A stretch of DNA of 64,000 bases from positions 107,197 through 171,196 of the forward strand of contig JAAYHB010000015.1 of the NCBI GenBank assembly GCA_012727435.1, given 5' to 3'. Origin of the DNA: Clostridiales bacterium (GTDB lineage: Bacteria > Bacillota > Clostridia > Oscillospirales > CAG-272). Of this stretch, positions 1-10,293 are shown piece after piece (the stretch's first letter is position 1; every line of letters begins with the position of its first letter). Under the pieces are notes generated by a model. That model had not been told where the DNA came from and did no database searches. It saw only the letters and a program-made list of their open reading frames with translations. Both the position numbers and the translations under genes were made by a program.

Positions 1-257
<257 letters not shown>

Positions 258-410
258 TTAAATTAATTTTTAAATTGCTCATCTTTTTTGCGGGCGGCGC
301 CTTTCTTGGCCCTTAATATTTTATCGCAAAACCCGCAAATATACAATAGCTTTGACGAAAATTTATCAATTTTGGAAGTATGCAGTTTTTAAACAAAAAA
401 GCCTGCCGTT

Positions 411-428
411 TTGTGTGCAAAATCACAA
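411..428. promoter_or_regulatory. 18-bp inverted repeat TTGTGTGCAAAATCACAA (Rex-box / CRP-FNR-like geometry), about 170 bp upstream of gap
   Basis: The half-sites TTGTG and CACAA are spaced as in TTGTGAA-N4-TTCACAA. The inner TGTGT-N6-TCACA also fits. The repeat overlaps the stop codon of the tagA-like gene. Confidence 0.25.
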
Positions 429-1211
429 CAAGGGTGGCTCCCCGGCATGTTGTATGCGCCGTCTTTCTCGCAGAGTGAGGCCGACAAATGACATAAGCGA
501 GGCCGTGCGGACAATTCTTGTCGGCTGCGTGGTCACTCTCCAGAGCCATTCAAACCCCGCCGAGCGCAGAAATCCCGGCGCCCGCCTGACCCGCCCCGCC
601 CAAACGTCGAGCGAGCCGCCGAGCGCCATCATGACCTTCACCCCGGTCAGTTCCCGGCGATTTGATATAATCCATTCCTCCTGACGCGGAAAGCCGAGGC
701 AGACAACGAGCACCCCGGGCTTCAGCCCTGCGATTTGACTTAAAATCTTTTGATTTTCCGGGCCGGATGTGTCAAAATAGCCGTGATGCGTGCCGAGAAC
801 CTCAAGTCCTGAAAACCGGTCTGAAAGCCGCAGGGCCGCCTCCTCGGCCACACCTGCCCTGCCGCCGAGCAAATACACACCGATTCGGTTTTCGGCACAC
901 CAGCCGAGCACCGCTTCGCCGAGCTCAATTCCCGGAATTCTCCCGGGCAGCTGGCTGCCGAGCAAACTCGCCGCCCAGACCACGCCTGCACCGTCGGGCA
1001 GACTTATATCAGAGGAGTTTATCAGCCCGCAAAGCCGGCTGTCTTTTGCACAGCGGCAGACTATCTCGGCATTCGGGGTAAAGACCGCCAACGGCAGGCC
1101 GGCACCCTCCTCCCCCAGCCGCCGGCAGATAAAATCAAGCGCGCCGGCCTTGCTTGTCCGCTCGACCCGCACGCCGTGCATAAAGACATTTTCAAAAGGC
1201 AGCTTTTCCAT
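423..1211 (-). CDS. WecB/TagA/CpsF-family glycosyltransferase (N-acetylmannosaminyltransferase-like)
   Basis: The ORF 423..1295 was trimmed to ATG 1211 (MEKLPFENV...), with GGAGG at 1220-1224. Family-typical stretches are [53 protein letters not shown] and EWLWR. Confidence 0.8.
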   Translation of the reverse strand: MEKLPFENVFMHGVRVERTSKAGALDFICRRLGEEGAGLPLAVFTPNAEIVCRCAKDSRLCGLINSSDISLPDGAGVVWAASLLGSQLPGRIPGIELGEAVLGWCAENRIGVYLLGGRAGVAEEAALRLSDRFSGLEVLGTHHGYFDTSGPENQKILSQIAGLKPGVLVVCLGFPRQEEWIISNRRELTGVKVMMALGGSLDVWAGRVRRAPGFLRSAGFEWLWRVTTQPTRIVRTASLMSFVGLTLRERRRIQHAGEPPLL

Positions 1212-1260
1212 ATCACAACCTCCGGCATTTTTCGTCCCCCTCCCATTATTTACTTTGCGC

Positions 1261-1289
1261 TTGACAATAATACCCGTGTGGGATATAAT
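1261..1289 (+). promoter_or_regulatory. Sigma-A-type promoter for proS
   Basis: TTGACA (1261-1266), a 17-nt spacer, then TATAAT (1284-1289), about 40 nt before the proS ATG. Confidence 0.6.
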
Positions 1290-1328
1290 AAACAAAGAAT
1301 TTTTTGCTGTAAGGGAAGGAATCTCATA

Positions 1329-2768
1329 ATGTCAGAAGAAAAAAGGCTTGTCGAGCAGATAACCCCGATGGACGTCGACTTCGCCCAGTGGTATACCGAT
1401 ATTGTAAAGAAGGCCGAGCTGGCCGATTATTCAGGGGTGAAGGGCTGCATGGTCATCCGACCTTACGGCTATGCAATCTGGGAGAATATCCAGCGCGACC
1501 TTGACTCACGTTTTAAGAAGCTCGGACACGAGAATGTATATATGCCGCTGTTCATCCCCGAGAGCCTGCTCCAGAAAGAGAAGGAGCATGTCGAGGGGTT
1601 TGCCCCCGAGTGCGCGTGGGTGACAATCGGCGGCCAGACCGAGCTGACCGAACGGCTCTGCGTACGCCCGACCTCCGAGACGCTTTTCTGCGAGCATTAT
1701 AAAAATATAATACATTCCTACCGCGACCTGCCGAAGCTCTACAACCAGTGGTGCAACATCGTGCGCTGGGAGAAAACCACCCGCCCCTTTTTGCGCACCT
1801 CCGAGTTCCTCTGGCAGGAAGGCCACACCATGCACGAGACCGAGGAAGAGGCTCGTGAGGAAACAATCAGAATGCTCTACGTCTACCGTGATTTTTATGC
1901 CGAGACGCTTGCAATCCCGGCGATAATCGGGCGCAAGACCGAGAAGGAAAAATTCGCCGGTGCCGTCGAGACCTACACGATCGAGCCGATGATGCACAAC
2001 GGAGTGGCGCTGCAAGGCGGTACCTCACACTACTTCGGCGATGGATTCGCCCGCGCCTTCGGCATCACCTACACCGACCGCAACAACCAGATAAGATACC
2101 CCTTCCAGACCTCATGGGGGGTCTCCACGCGCTCAATCGGCGCCATAATCATGACCCATGGCGACGACTCGGGGCTGATCCTCCCGCCGGGTGTCGCGCC
2201 GATTCAGGTGATAATCATCCCTGTTGCCCAGCATAAGCCGGGAGTGCTTGAAGCCGCAGCAAAACTGCGCGACAGGCTGGCCGAAAAATTCCGCGTCAAG
2301 CTTGACGACAGCGATTATTCGGCGGGTTGGAAGTTCAGCCAGTACGAGATGAAGGGCGTGCCGCTGCGCCTTGAGATAGGCCCGCGCGACATCGAGAACA
2401 ATTCCTGTGTGCTGGTCAGCCGCCCGACCCGCGAAAAGACCGTAGTGTCGCTTGACAATATCGAGGACGGAGTAAAAGCCGCCCTTGAGCGGGTGCACAG
2501 GGAACTCTACGCTCGCGCCGAAAAGAATCTCAAAGACAAGACATATGACGCGCACAGCTATGACGAGTTTCTTGACATCGCCAAAAATAAACCGGGCTAT
2601 ATCCGCGCCATGTGGTGCGGCGACTCTTCCTGCGAGGACAGGATAAAGGATGAAACCGACGGTGTGAAGTCGCGCTGCATTCCCTTTGAGGAGGAGCATA
2701 TCGCCAATCACTGCGTATGCTGCGGCAGGCCGGCAGAGCATATGGTGGTCTGGGGCAGACAGTATTAA
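1329..2768 (+). CDS. proS: Proline--tRNA ligase (archaeal/eukaryote-like short form)
   Basis: The ORF 1176..2768 was trimmed to ATG 1329 ([31 protein letters not shown]...), with AAGGGAAGGA upstream. The protein is about 479 aa with class II motifs, and its C-terminus CVCCG...VVWGRQY is typical of this ProRS type. Confidence 0.92.
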   Translation: MSEEKRLVEQITPMDVDFAQWYTDIVKKAELADYSGVKGCMVIRPYGYAIWENIQRDLDSRFKKLGHENVYMPLFIPESLLQKEKEHVEGFAPECAWVTIGGQTELTERLCVRPTSETLFCEHYKNIIHSYRDLPKLYNQWCNIVRWEKTTRPFLRTSEFLWQEGHTMHETEEEAREETIRMLYVYRDFYAETLAIPAIIGRKTEKEKFAGAVETYTIEPMMHNGVALQGGTSHYFGDGFARAFGITYTDRNNQIRYPFQTSWGVSTRSIGAIIMTHGDDSGLILPPGVAPIQVIIIPVAQHKPGVLEAAAKLRDRLAEKFRVKLDDSDYSAGWKFSQYEMKGVPLRLEIGPRDIENNSCVLVSRPTREKTVVSLDNIEDGVKAALERVHRELYARAEKNLKDKTYDAHSYDEFLDIAKNKPGYIRAMWCGDSSCEDRIKDETDGVKSRCIPFEEEHIANHCVCCGRPAEHMVVWGRQY

Positions 2769-2818
2769 AATAGCAGGATAGAAAGTGTCCGGGGCGCTTT
2801 CCCGGGGCGGAGGTGAAG

Positions 2819-3946
2819 ATGAGCAGGTTCAGGGATATCTGCGGCGAGTTCTTCGCCACGCTGCGGCGCATGGACTTTTTGCTCTTTGGGGCGACCTCGG
2901 CGCTCTCGCTGCTCAGTATTCTGACGCTCATAGGGGGATATTCTGTATTCGGGCTTAAGGTAATTCTGATGCAGACCGGCGCCACGGTGGTCGGGATCGT
3001 CGTGATGTTTTTCATCTCGGTACTCGATTACCGGACAATCGCCGAGAAGCTCGGGATATACCTATACGGCGCCGGGCTGCTTTTGCTTGTCGCGACGCTT
3101 TTGTTCGGAACCAGCGAGGGCGAGAATAAAAGCTGGCTTTACCTCCCCGGCCTGCCCTTCGGAATACAGCCCTCCGAATTCGTCAAGTCGATTTTCCTGC
3201 TCACCTTTTCATATCATATCTTCCGAGTAAAAAAGAAGATAAACAGGCCGCTGACACTTCTGGGGCTTATGGTTCACGCCGCCCTGCCAACCGGCCTGAT
3301 ACTCCTGTCGGGCGACCTCGGCGTGGCCCTGGTCTATGTCGGCATAATCCTGCTCATGCTTTTTTACGCGGGGCTCTCGCTCTGGTACTTCGCCGGAGCC
3401 GCGGTTCTCGCCGCCGGAGCCTCGCCGCTGATCTGGCAGTTGTTGCGCGAGGACCAGAAGCTGCGGATTCTGGTTGGCTTTAATCCCGACCTTGACCCGC
3501 TGGGCAAGGGGTATCAGCCGATAATCTCGAGGGCTGCCGTTGCCAACGGCGGCTTTTTCGGCCGGGGCATATTCGGCGGCAGCATGTTTCAGAAGCTGCC
3601 GGCCGGGCACACCGATTTCCTTTTCGGAACCTACTCCGAGAAATTCGGCTTTCTCGGCTCCCTGCTTTTTATCGGAATCATGGTATTCGTGGTCATCCGG
3701 GTAACAAGGCTGGCAAGGCTGACGCGCGGCGACAGCGGGACCTATATCTGCGCCGGCTTTGCCGCCATGCTGATAATCCAGACTGTCGAGAATGTCGGCA
3801 TGTGCCTCGGAATGCTGCCGGTAGTGGGCATCACGCTGCCCTATTTCAGCTACGGGGGCTCGTCGGTGCTTGCAATTTATATAACAACCGGCATGGTCCA
3901 GAGCGTGGCAATTCACAGAAACAGGCTCCGTCCCCCGCTTCGGTAG
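2819..3946 (+). CDS. SEDS-family peptidoglycan glycosyltransferase (FtsW/RodA/SpoVE)
   Basis: It is a polytopic membrane protein. SEDS signatures are GIQPSEFVK, GDLG.ALV, HTDF(L)F and LPYFSYGGSS. GGAGG at 2809-2813 favours ATG 2819 over GTG 2813. Confidence 0.85.
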   Translation: MSRFRDICGEFFATLRRMDFLLFGATSALSLLSILTLIGGYSVFGLKVILMQTGATVVGIVVMFFISVLDYRTIAEKLGIYLYGAGLLLLVATLLFGTSEGENKSWLYLPGLPFGIQPSEFVKSIFLLTFSYHIFRVKKKINRPLTLLGLMVHAALPTGLILLSGDLGVALVYVGIILLMLFYAGLSLWYFAGAAVLAAGASPLIWQLLREDQKLRILVGFNPDLDPLGKGYQPIISRAAVANGGFFGRGIFGGSMFQKLPAGHTDFLFGTYSEKFGFLGSLLFIGIMVFVVIRVTRLARLTRGDSGTYICAGFAAMLIIQTVENVGMCLGMLPVVGITLPYFSYGGSSVLAIYITTGMVQSVAIHRNRLRPPLR

Positions 3947-4021
3947 AAAAATATAGAATATTTGTCCTCCCGCCAAAATATAATTAAGCAGATATCATGC
4001 AAGCAGGCGGGAGGATTATAT

Positions 4022-4513
4022 ATGTTCATTTATACGGTGCGCGCCTCAACCCTGAGGTTTGTCGGAGTGCTCTGCGTGGCTCTTGTGACCCTGATCACCC
4101 TTTTGGCCTTTGTGCCGTCTCTCGGCGACAACAACACCCCGGCGGGAGCCCCGGCCTCAAATTCGCAGGCAATCAGATATGACAAAATAAAAAGCGCCGC
4201 CGACGCGGCCGAGTTCCTGAGCCAGTTCGGCTGGAAGGTGAAGCCCACTCCGGTCGAGGAGACCGAGGTCACAATCCCATCTGAGTTCGACCGAATTTTC
4301 ACCAGCTACAACGAAATTCAAAAGCAGCAGGGGCTCGACCTCTCCAAGTACAAGCGAAAAACCGTAAAGCGCTATACCTTCGAACTTGCCGAATACAACG
4401 GTTATGACGGCAGGGTCTACGCGAATGTCCTCGTTTACCGGAACCGCGTCATCGGCGGCGACATCTGCTCGGCCGACATGACAGGGTTCATGCACGGGTT
4501 TGATGTTAATTAA
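4022..4513 (+). CDS. DUF4830 domain protein (single N-terminal TM)
   Basis: The ORF was trimmed to ATG 4022, with GGGAGG at 4010-4015. The stretch FLSQFGWKV..PVEETEVTIPSEFDRIFTSYNEIQKQQGLDLSKYKRKTVKRYTF matches the DUF4830 pattern that often follows SEDS or sporulation genes in Clostridia. Confidence 0.7.
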   Translation: MFIYTVRASTLRFVGVLCVALVTLITLLAFVPSLGDNNTPAGAPASNSQAIRYDKIKSAADAAEFLSQFGWKVKPTPVEETEVTIPSEFDRIFTSYNEIQKQQGLDLSKYKRKTVKRYTFELAEYNGYDGRVYANVLVYRNRVIGGDICSADMTGFMHGFDVN

Positions 4514-4530
4514 GAATAAGCAAAGCGCGC

Positions 4531-4549
4531 GGGCGATCACAGATCGCCC
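4531..4549 (+). terminator. Hairpin downstream of the DUF4830 gene
   Basis: GGGCGATC-aca-GATCGCCC forms a perfect 8-bp stem. The T-stretch only begins about 9 nt later, so this is a weak intrinsic terminator. Confidence 0.35.
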
Positions 4550-4598
4550 CTACGGCATTTTCAGCAGTAGCGCGACTATCAAATATGCAATAAAAGGC

Positions 4599-4631
4599 GG
4601 CCGGCGTAAATCAATCTGATTTGCGCCGGCC
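4599..4631. terminator. Hairpin between convergent genes (terminator of the 4641..4892 gene, possibly bidirectional)
   Basis: GGCCGGCG (4599-4606) pairs with CGCCGGCC (4624-4631). On the minus strand it is followed by CCTTTTATT. Confidence 0.45.
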
Positions 4632-4640
4632 TGCCTGTGT

Positions 4641-4892
4641 TTATGTACCAACCTTAACTCGCTCGACTTTGCAGTCTGTTGACATAATCTCGGCTCCCCC
4701 GCCCCGCTTGATAATCAGCACACACTGCTCGTCGCCCACGCGGAAGGGCTCGCTGCGCTTCGAGAGGCGGCTGACATACCCGAGATTGAAACTCTCGCCG
4801 TCAATTATTACTCTGACAATCCCGAAGAACGACCGCCGGTACTCGACGGTATGCACACCGTCCCCGGCCTCGATATTCCATTTCCTTCTCAT
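4641..4892 (-). CDS. Small hypothetical protein (83 aa)
   Basis: The ORF 4641..4901 starts at a GTG, and the in-frame ATG at 4892 is preferred. The sequence is MRRKWNIEAGDGVHTVEYRRSFFGIVRVIIDGESF... It has its own promoter and terminator. I do not recognise a family with confidence. Confidence 0.6.
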   Translation of the reverse strand: MRRKWNIEAGDGVHTVEYRRSFFGIVRVIIDGESFNLGYVSRLSKRSEPFRVGDEQCVLIIKRGGGAEIMSTDCKVERVKVGT

Positions 4893-4922
4893 TTTCCGCA
4901 CCCGTCAACTGTATTTTTTGAA

Positions 4923-4951
4923 ATGATACCACGAAACCGGCCGCCTGTCAA
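4923..4951 (-). promoter_or_regulatory. Sigma-A-type promoter for the 4641..4892 gene
   Basis: The minus strand reads TTGACA (4946-4951), a 17-nt spacer ending in TGG, then TATCAT (4923-4928). Confidence 0.5.
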
Positions 4952-4954
4952 TGC

Positions 4955-4988
4955 AAAAAGGGCTCCCGCCGTGCGGCGGGGCCCTTTT
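4955..4988 (-). terminator. Intrinsic terminator after the 47-aa gene (end of the putative secA cluster)
   Basis: GGGCTCCCGCC-gtgc-GGCGGGGCCC (4960-4984) is flanked by an A-run at 4955-4959 and a T-run at 4985-4988. Confidence 0.7.
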
Positions 4989-5000
4989 ATTGAAACGGCG

Positions 5001-5144
5001 TTACTGGTTTCTGTTCTCGCAGTTGTCGCGGTTCTGGTTCTCTTTTTTGTCCTGATTATTTCTATTGTTGTTGCGGTTTGCCTGGTCACCGTACGGGGTG
5101 TCCTGCCGGTTTTTGTTTTTGTTCTGGTTTTTCTGGTCGTCCAT
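5001..5144 (-). CDS. 47-aa Asn/Gln/Lys/Asp-rich hydrophilic protein (not in the supplied ORF track)
   Basis: My own translation is MDDQKNQNKNKNRQDTPYGDQANRNNNRNNQDKKENQNRDNCENRNQ*. AAAGGAGA lies 7 nt upstream of ATG 5142-5144. A strong terminator follows directly after TAA 5001-5003. Confidence 0.7.
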   Translation of the reverse strand: MDDQKNQNKNKNRQDTPYGDQANRNNNRNNQDKKENQNRDNCENRNQ

Positions 5145-5215
5145 TTGTATATCTCCTTTAAAGATTTACAACCAGATTATTTGCACAAAACAAAAATATT
5201 ATGCATCCATTATTT

Positions 5216-6601
5216 TCAGGCAAGCATATATTTATATTCTATCTGCTCGTCTATCCCCATCATGAGCCTTATCATAAAGAAGGCAAACAGCGCCGAGACC
5301 AGAAACTCTATCAGCCACACAAAGTCGGCGGTGTTGATGAGAAACATCGAAACAATATCGGTCAGGGCTGAGAGACCCGCGAAAACCGCCGGGATTATCA
5401 GCCTCTTCGAGAGCTCCTCGTGGAGAACACGGATTTTTTCGCTCTGGTCTAACGCCCCGACTGCAACAAAGCCGGTGTGCCCGGTTATGATGTTTTTCAT
5501 AATAATCCAGAGCAGCGCAAAAACAAGCACCACAAACACAAGCTCGGACACGCCCCTCACCCCGCAGTAAGCCGCATACAGGTTGTATGCCTTAATGTCC
5601 CGGAGTATCGACTCGGGATAAAACTCGAATCTGAATTTGTAATCAAGAAACAGCGCCACGGCAGACACCGCCGCGTACACCGACGCAATAACCGTTACTT
5701 TTTGCCAGCCCTTTATAAATTTTCTGACTATCCAAAGCCCGAGGATCACAGAGAGCGCCGAGAGGGTGTCGGGCAGTATGTTGATCCCGTCAAAATACAG
5801 GTCGGGGGTGAGAATTACCGCGGCGCCGAAGCAGAAAAAGGCCGCTTTTATCGCCCGACGTGCCGGGCGGTCGGGCTTTGACCGTATCTCGGCGTCATAT
5901 TGCTGCTCGAGGTTCCCGATAAACACGATATCCCGCTTAATCAGCTTAATATACCGCACCGTCAGAATAAACCATATAAGCATAAACACAAGCTCAACGA
6001 TAATTGCAAGCGCCCTGAAAAGATCGGTATATAAATACAAGGAACTTCTGGCGGTGCCGTCAAAGGTCTGCTCGGTCAGCGACGCGAACTCGGGCAGCGT
6101 GCGGCAGATAGCCTTGGCAATCACAAAAATAATTGACAGCCTTCTGACTTTTTCGGTTATTGTTCTCTTGTATCCGTGCTTTATCGTCCGGACTGACGGG
6201 GTATATGCAGCGGTCCCCTCGTGGCGCACCGAAAGATAAATGATCCCGTCCGTGAGCTTTACAATTGCCGGGAGCAGATAAACCAGCTCAAATACCGTAA
6301 AGACAAAGGCAAACAAAAGCATCCCGACAGACCGGTCGGTAGGCGGCAGGAGGCCGAAGATTACAAACAATGCCAGAAATTTCGCAATACCGACATAAAG
6401 CATCTTTTGCAAAAGCCCGCGCGCCTCGTTTACCCTGTCGTCGATGTTGGCAATTTTTGCTATGGAGACGCAGAAAAGGATATACCCGATAAAGTCGGGC
6501 AATATGTCAAAAATGCCGATGTCCGGGTTCATTAGAAAGACAAGCGCCCAGATCAATCCGCTCCACCCGACAATGCTTGATTTTTGCCTGTCGTCTTTCA
6601 T
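5216..6601 (-). CDS. Uncharacterised polytopic membrane protein (461 aa)
   Basis: It has many hydrophobic helices and an internal repeat, NPDIGIFDILPDFIGYILFCVSIAKI and TPDLYFDGINILPDTLSALSVILGLWIV. The start overlaps the upstream stop by 4 nt (6598-6601). Confidence 0.75.
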   Translation of the reverse strand: MKDDRQKSSIVGWSGLIWALVFLMNPDIGIFDILPDFIGYILFCVSIAKIANIDDRVNEARGLLQKMLYVGIAKFLALFVIFGLLPPTDRSVGMLLFAFVFTVFELVYLLPAIVKLTDGIIYLSVRHEGTAAYTPSVRTIKHGYKRTITEKVRRLSIIFVIAKAICRTLPEFASLTEQTFDGTARSSLYLYTDLFRALAIIVELVFMLIWFILTVRYIKLIKRDIVFIGNLEQQYDAEIRSKPDRPARRAIKAAFFCFGAAVILTPDLYFDGINILPDTLSALSVILGLWIVRKFIKGWQKVTVIASVYAAVSAVALFLDYKFRFEFYPESILRDIKAYNLYAAYCGVRGVSELVFVVLVFALLWIIMKNIITGHTGFVAVGALDQSEKIRVLHEELSKRLIIPAVFAGLSALTDIVSMFLINTADFVWLIEFLVSALFAFFMIRLMMGIDEQIEYKYMLA

Positions 6602-7314
6602 TGATTATGCCTCCCCTCGCCTTTTGTAATATTACCGTCTGACCCGTCGCGCGTATCCTCGCCGGGCCGGTATTCCTGAAACTCTTTTTTCGACCGGCTC
6701 CACTTATCAAAAAATGCCCTGACGAATTTTGGCCTTGACTCTCTTTCCGGCATATCTTCGTCGCCCTCGGGGCAGATTCTCATGTAGCAGGAAAATATGA
6801 TTATCAGGTTGAGGATTACGCAACCGAACCTGAGCAAAAGGGCAATCGGGAAAAGATAGCGATTGGCCTCGATATTGCCCTGGAAGAATAACATTCTTGT
6901 AGTATCAAGAATGTAATAGGCGCCTGTAATAATCATATTCCGCCACGCGCCGCGCTGCAGCCGAGCCAGCCCGACCCCGCCGGCAAGCACCGCAATCGAC
7001 AAAAGCAACGTGAAATTCAGCGCCGCCTCGGTCATAAATATCGCCCAGTTGGCCGCCGGTTTTGCCGCTGATATCCATGCCGGGAGTTCATACTTCAGTT
7101 TGTCCGCAACCCCGTATATAAAATCGCAGATTCCAAAGAGGATCATCAACAAAGAGGAGAGATACGCATAGTAAAACCTCCGCTCAAACCGGCGGAGCCT
7201 CATCAGCGACAGTGCAATGACCACATAACCGGCCAACCTGAAAACAAAACCGAAGCTGTTGATGGACATGATGAAGGTTATAAAATATCCTATGAAAAGC
7301 AGGCCGAAACCCAT
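6598..7314 (-). CDS. Uncharacterised polytopic membrane protein (238 aa) with an acidic/basic cytoplasmic tail
   Basis: AAGGAGG lies upstream of ATG 7314, 30 nt after the secA stop with no hairpin between them. The N-terminal FVFRLAGYVVIALSLMRL resembles the repeat motif of the downstream 461-aa protein. Confidence 0.75.
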   Translation of the reverse strand: MGFGLLFIGYFITFIMSINSFGFVFRLAGYVVIALSLMRLRRFERRFYYAYLSSLLMILFGICDFIYGVADKLKYELPAWISAAKPAANWAIFMTEAALNFTLLLSIAVLAGGVGLARLQRGAWRNMIITGAYYILDTTRMLFFQGNIEANRYLFPIALLLRFGCVILNLIIIFSCYMRICPEGDEDMPERESRPKFVRAFFDKWSRSKKEFQEYRPGEDTRDGSDGNITKGEGRHNQ

Positions 7315-7344
7315 ATCCTGCCTCCTTTTGATTTTTGCCGCGAA

Positions 7345-10110
7345 TCAGCCCTCGGCGCTGCCCTGGCCGGCGCCGCAGCATTTTTTATACTTTTTCCCGC
7401 TCCCGCAGGGGCAGGGGTCGTTGGGTCCGGGCCGCTTGGCACTCCTTATCGGAGTGTTTGTCGTTCTGATGGTCCTCGGTACTCTGTTGCCCTCAAAGCC
7501 CTCACCGATCGGTCGGGCGACCTGCACCCTGCGCAGCGCGCGGTTTTCTATCGGCTTGATTGAGAGTATGGTTCTCATGGTCTGCTCGCGGATGTCAGCG
7601 ACCATCGCATCGAACATTTCGGCGCCGACAATGCGAAATTCATTCACCGGGTCGCGCTGGGCGTAGGCCTGAAACCTGATGCTGTCTTTCAGGTCCTCCA
7701 TGGCGTCGATATGATCCATCCACATCCTATCGACATTCCGCAAGAGGATTATACGCTCGACCTCGCGGAACCTCTCGGCGCCGAAGAGCTTTTCTTTCTC
7801 CTGATATATCTCCTCGGCCCGCCTGATGAGCATCTCCTCAATATCCTCTCGCTTTATCTTCCTCAGCTCATCCTCAGTGTACCTGAAATCATCCTCCCTG
7901 CAGAGGAAGCCGAGATACTGGCCGCGAAGCGCGTCAAGATTCCACTCGGACGGGTTGTCGCTCTGGGTGTATGCCTGTACCGCGTCCCGCAGGGTAGAAT
8001 GTATCATGGAACGGATAGTCCCCGAGATATCCTCGCCTTCAAGCACTGCCTGACGCTGCTTGTATATAACGCTGCGCTGCTGGTTCATAACGTCGTCGTA
8101 AACCAGCACTGTCTTGCGGCGCTTGAAGTTGTTGTCCTCAATGCGCTTTTGTGCGTTTTCAATTGAGTTTGACAGAATTTGGGCATTTATCGGTGTGTCG
8201 TCGTCAAGTCCGAGCGCTTCGACCATCTTCATTATCCGTTCGCTGCCGAAAAGCCTCATAAGGTCGTCCTCAAGCGAGATATAAAAGCGTGACTCGCCGG
8301 GGTCGCCCTGCCGCCCCGCGCGCCCGCGGAGCTGGTTGTCGATACGCCGGCTCTCGTGCCGTTCGGTGCCTATTACGAACAGTCCGCCGAGCTGCTTTAC
8401 TTTTTCGGCTTCGGGTTCAATTTCGGCTTTGAATTTTTCGTACAGCTCTCTGAACACCCGGCGCGCCTCAAGTATTTCGGGATCGTCGGTGTCGGACATG
8501 CTGGTAGCGCCGAGTATCAGATCCTCGCTGTAACCGAGCTTGCGCATCTCGGCCTTTGCCATGAACTCGGGGTTGCCGCCGAGCATTATGTCGGTGCCGC
8601 GCCCGGCCATGTTTGTCGATATGGTCACGGCGCCGAGTTTACCGGCCTGCGCGATTATCTCGGCCTCTTTTTCGTGATATTTGGCGTTGAGGACATTGTG
8701 CTTTATTCCCTGCTTTTTCAGCATTAAGGACAGCAGCTCGGATTTTTCAATGGTTATGGTACCCACAAGCACCGGCTGCCCCTTCTTGTGACATTCGATA
8801 ATCTGCCTTACTATGGCGTTGTATTTACCCTTCGCGCTTTTATAAACAACGTCGGGATGGTCAATCCGTATCATCGGCTTGTTGGTCGGCACCTCGACCA
8901 CGTCAAGCCCGTAGATTTCGCGGAACTCGTTTTCCTCGGTCAGTGCGGTACCGGTCATGCCGGCGAGCTTTTTATACATCCGGAAATAGTTCTGGAAGGT
9001 GATGGTGGCAAGAGTCTTGTTTTCCTTCTGGATTTTGACGTGCTCTTTTGCCTCTATCGCCTGGTGCAGCCCGTCTGAATAGCGCCGCCCCGGCATAAGC
9101 CGCCCGGTAAAGGCGTCGACAATAATCACGCCGTTTTCATTTACCACATAATCCTGGTCACGATGCATCACGCCGTGGGCGCGGAGAGCCTGATTTATAT
9201 GATGCGCTATTGTCGTGTTCTCGGGATCGGCATAGTTTTCAAGCCCGAAGAACGCCTCGGCCTTCTTTATGCCCGATTTGGTGAGTATCGCGTTCCTTGC
9301 CTTCTCGTCGACTATATAATCGGCGTCGATGTCGTCATAGTCGACCTTGGTGTCAAGCTCTTTTATCACATATTTGCGCAGAGTGCGGACAAAAGCGTCG
9401 GCGCGGTCATACAGATCGGTCGATTCCTCGCCGGCGCCCGAGATAATCAGCGGGGTTCTCGCCTCGTCGATTAAAATCGAGTCCACCTCGTCGATAATAG
9501 CGTAAGCATGTCCGCGCTGGACCATGTGCTCCTTGTAGACCACCATGTTGTCACGCAGGTAGTCAAAGCCGAATTCGTTGTTGGTCCCGTAGGTGATGTC
9601 GGCGGCATATGCTTCCCTCTTTTCCTCAGGGGTCTGGCCGTGGAGTATCAGCCCGGCCTTCAGGCCCATGAATTCGTATACCCGCCCCACGTCGTCGCGC
9701 CCGTAGCGGGCAAGGTATTCATTCACCGTGACTACATGCACGCCTTCGCCGGTGAGCGCGTTCAGGTATGCCGGGAGTATTGCGACATAGGTCTTCCCTT
9801 CTCCGGTCTTCATCTCGGCAATCCTGCCCTGGTGCAGGATGATGCCGCCGAGCAGCTGCACATAAAAAAGCCGCTTGCCGAGCACCCTGACGGCAGCCTC
9901 ACGGACCGCTGCAAATGCTTCTGGGAGAATATCGTCAAGCGTCTCTCCCGCAGCCAGCCTTTTTTTGAACACCTCGGTCATGCCCCGCAGTTCGGCGTTG
10001 CTCATGGCCTTGAATCGCGGCTCGAGACTCTCTATCATGTCGGCAGTCTTTCTGAGCTTTTTTATCTGCCTTTCGCTGTATGTTCCGAATATTCTGTCAA
10101 AAAATTTCAT
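7345..10110 (-). CDS. secA: Preprotein translocase ATPase SecA
   Basis: The protein is 921 aa and starts MKFFDRIFG.. It contains the Walker A motif MKTGEGKT, a DEVD box and the C-terminal zinc motif [14 protein letters not shown]. Confidence 0.97.
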   Translation of the reverse strand: MKFFDRIFGTYSERQIKKLRKTADMIESLEPRFKAMSNAELRGMTEVFKKRLAAGETLDDILPEAFAAVREAAVRVLGKRLFYVQLLGGIILHQGRIAEMKTGEGKTYVAILPAYLNALTGEGVHVVTVNEYLARYGRDDVGRVYEFMGLKAGLILHGQTPEEKREAYAADITYGTNNEFGFDYLRDNMVVYKEHMVQRGHAYAIIDEVDSILIDEARTPLIISGAGEESTDLYDRADAFVRTLRKYVIKELDTKVDYDDIDADYIVDEKARNAILTKSGIKKAEAFFGLENYADPENTTIAHHINQALRAHGVMHRDQDYVVNENGVIIVDAFTGRLMPGRRYSDGLHQAIEAKEHVKIQKENKTLATITFQNYFRMYKKLAGMTGTALTEENEFREIYGLDVVEVPTNKPMIRIDHPDVVYKSAKGKYNAIVRQIIECHKKGQPVLVGTITIEKSELLSLMLKKQGIKHNVLNAKYHEKEAEIIAQAGKLGAVTISTNMAGRGTDIMLGGNPEFMAKAEMRKLGYSEDLILGATSMSDTDDPEILEARRVFRELYEKFKAEIEPEAEKVKQLGGLFVIGTERHESRRIDNQLRGRAGRQGDPGESRFYISLEDDLMRLFGSERIMKMVEALGLDDDTPINAQILSNSIENAQKRIEDNNFKRRKTVLVYDDVMNQQRSVIYKQRQAVLEGEDISGTIRSMIHSTLRDAVQAYTQSDNPSEWNLDALRGQYLGFLCREDDFRYTEDELRKIKREDIEEMLIRRAEEIYQEKEKLFGAERFREVERIILLRNVDRMWMDHIDAMEDLKDSIRFQAYAQRDPVNEFRIVGAEMFDAMVADIREQTMRTILSIKPIENRALRRVQVARPIGEGFEGNRVPRTIRTTNTPIRSAKRPGPNDPCPCGSGKKYKKCCGAGQGSAEG

Positions 10111-10210
10111 TCAAACCTCCGGCAACCTGACGTACTACAGCTTATTATACATCATACCGTCCGAATTTTCCACAACTTTTTTTATGCCGTGCCTCTTTTG
10201 CGCCAAATAC

Positions 10211-10239
10211 TTGAAAGCTCTGCCGGTTCATTGTATAAT
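10211..10239 (+). promoter_or_regulatory. Sigma-A-type promoter for trmL-mnmA
   Basis: TTGAAA (10211-10216), a 17-nt spacer, then TATAAT (10234-10239). Confidence 0.55.
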
Positions 10240-10293
10240 ATAATCCTCCACGTCACCAGGGAAAGCCGTAAAACCTACCCCGAAAGGTTTACT

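Noticed and set aside
1212-1328. Possible T-box leader upstream of proS
   Set aside because: Only about 40 nt lie between the -10 box and the ATG. That is far too short for a T-box, and no specifier or terminator structure is present.
4851-5570. 239-aa plus-strand ORF
   Set aside because: It runs through the promoter and terminator at 4923-4988, through the 47-aa gene on the other strand, and into the 461-aa membrane-protein gene. It is low-complexity and has no Shine-Dalgarno site.
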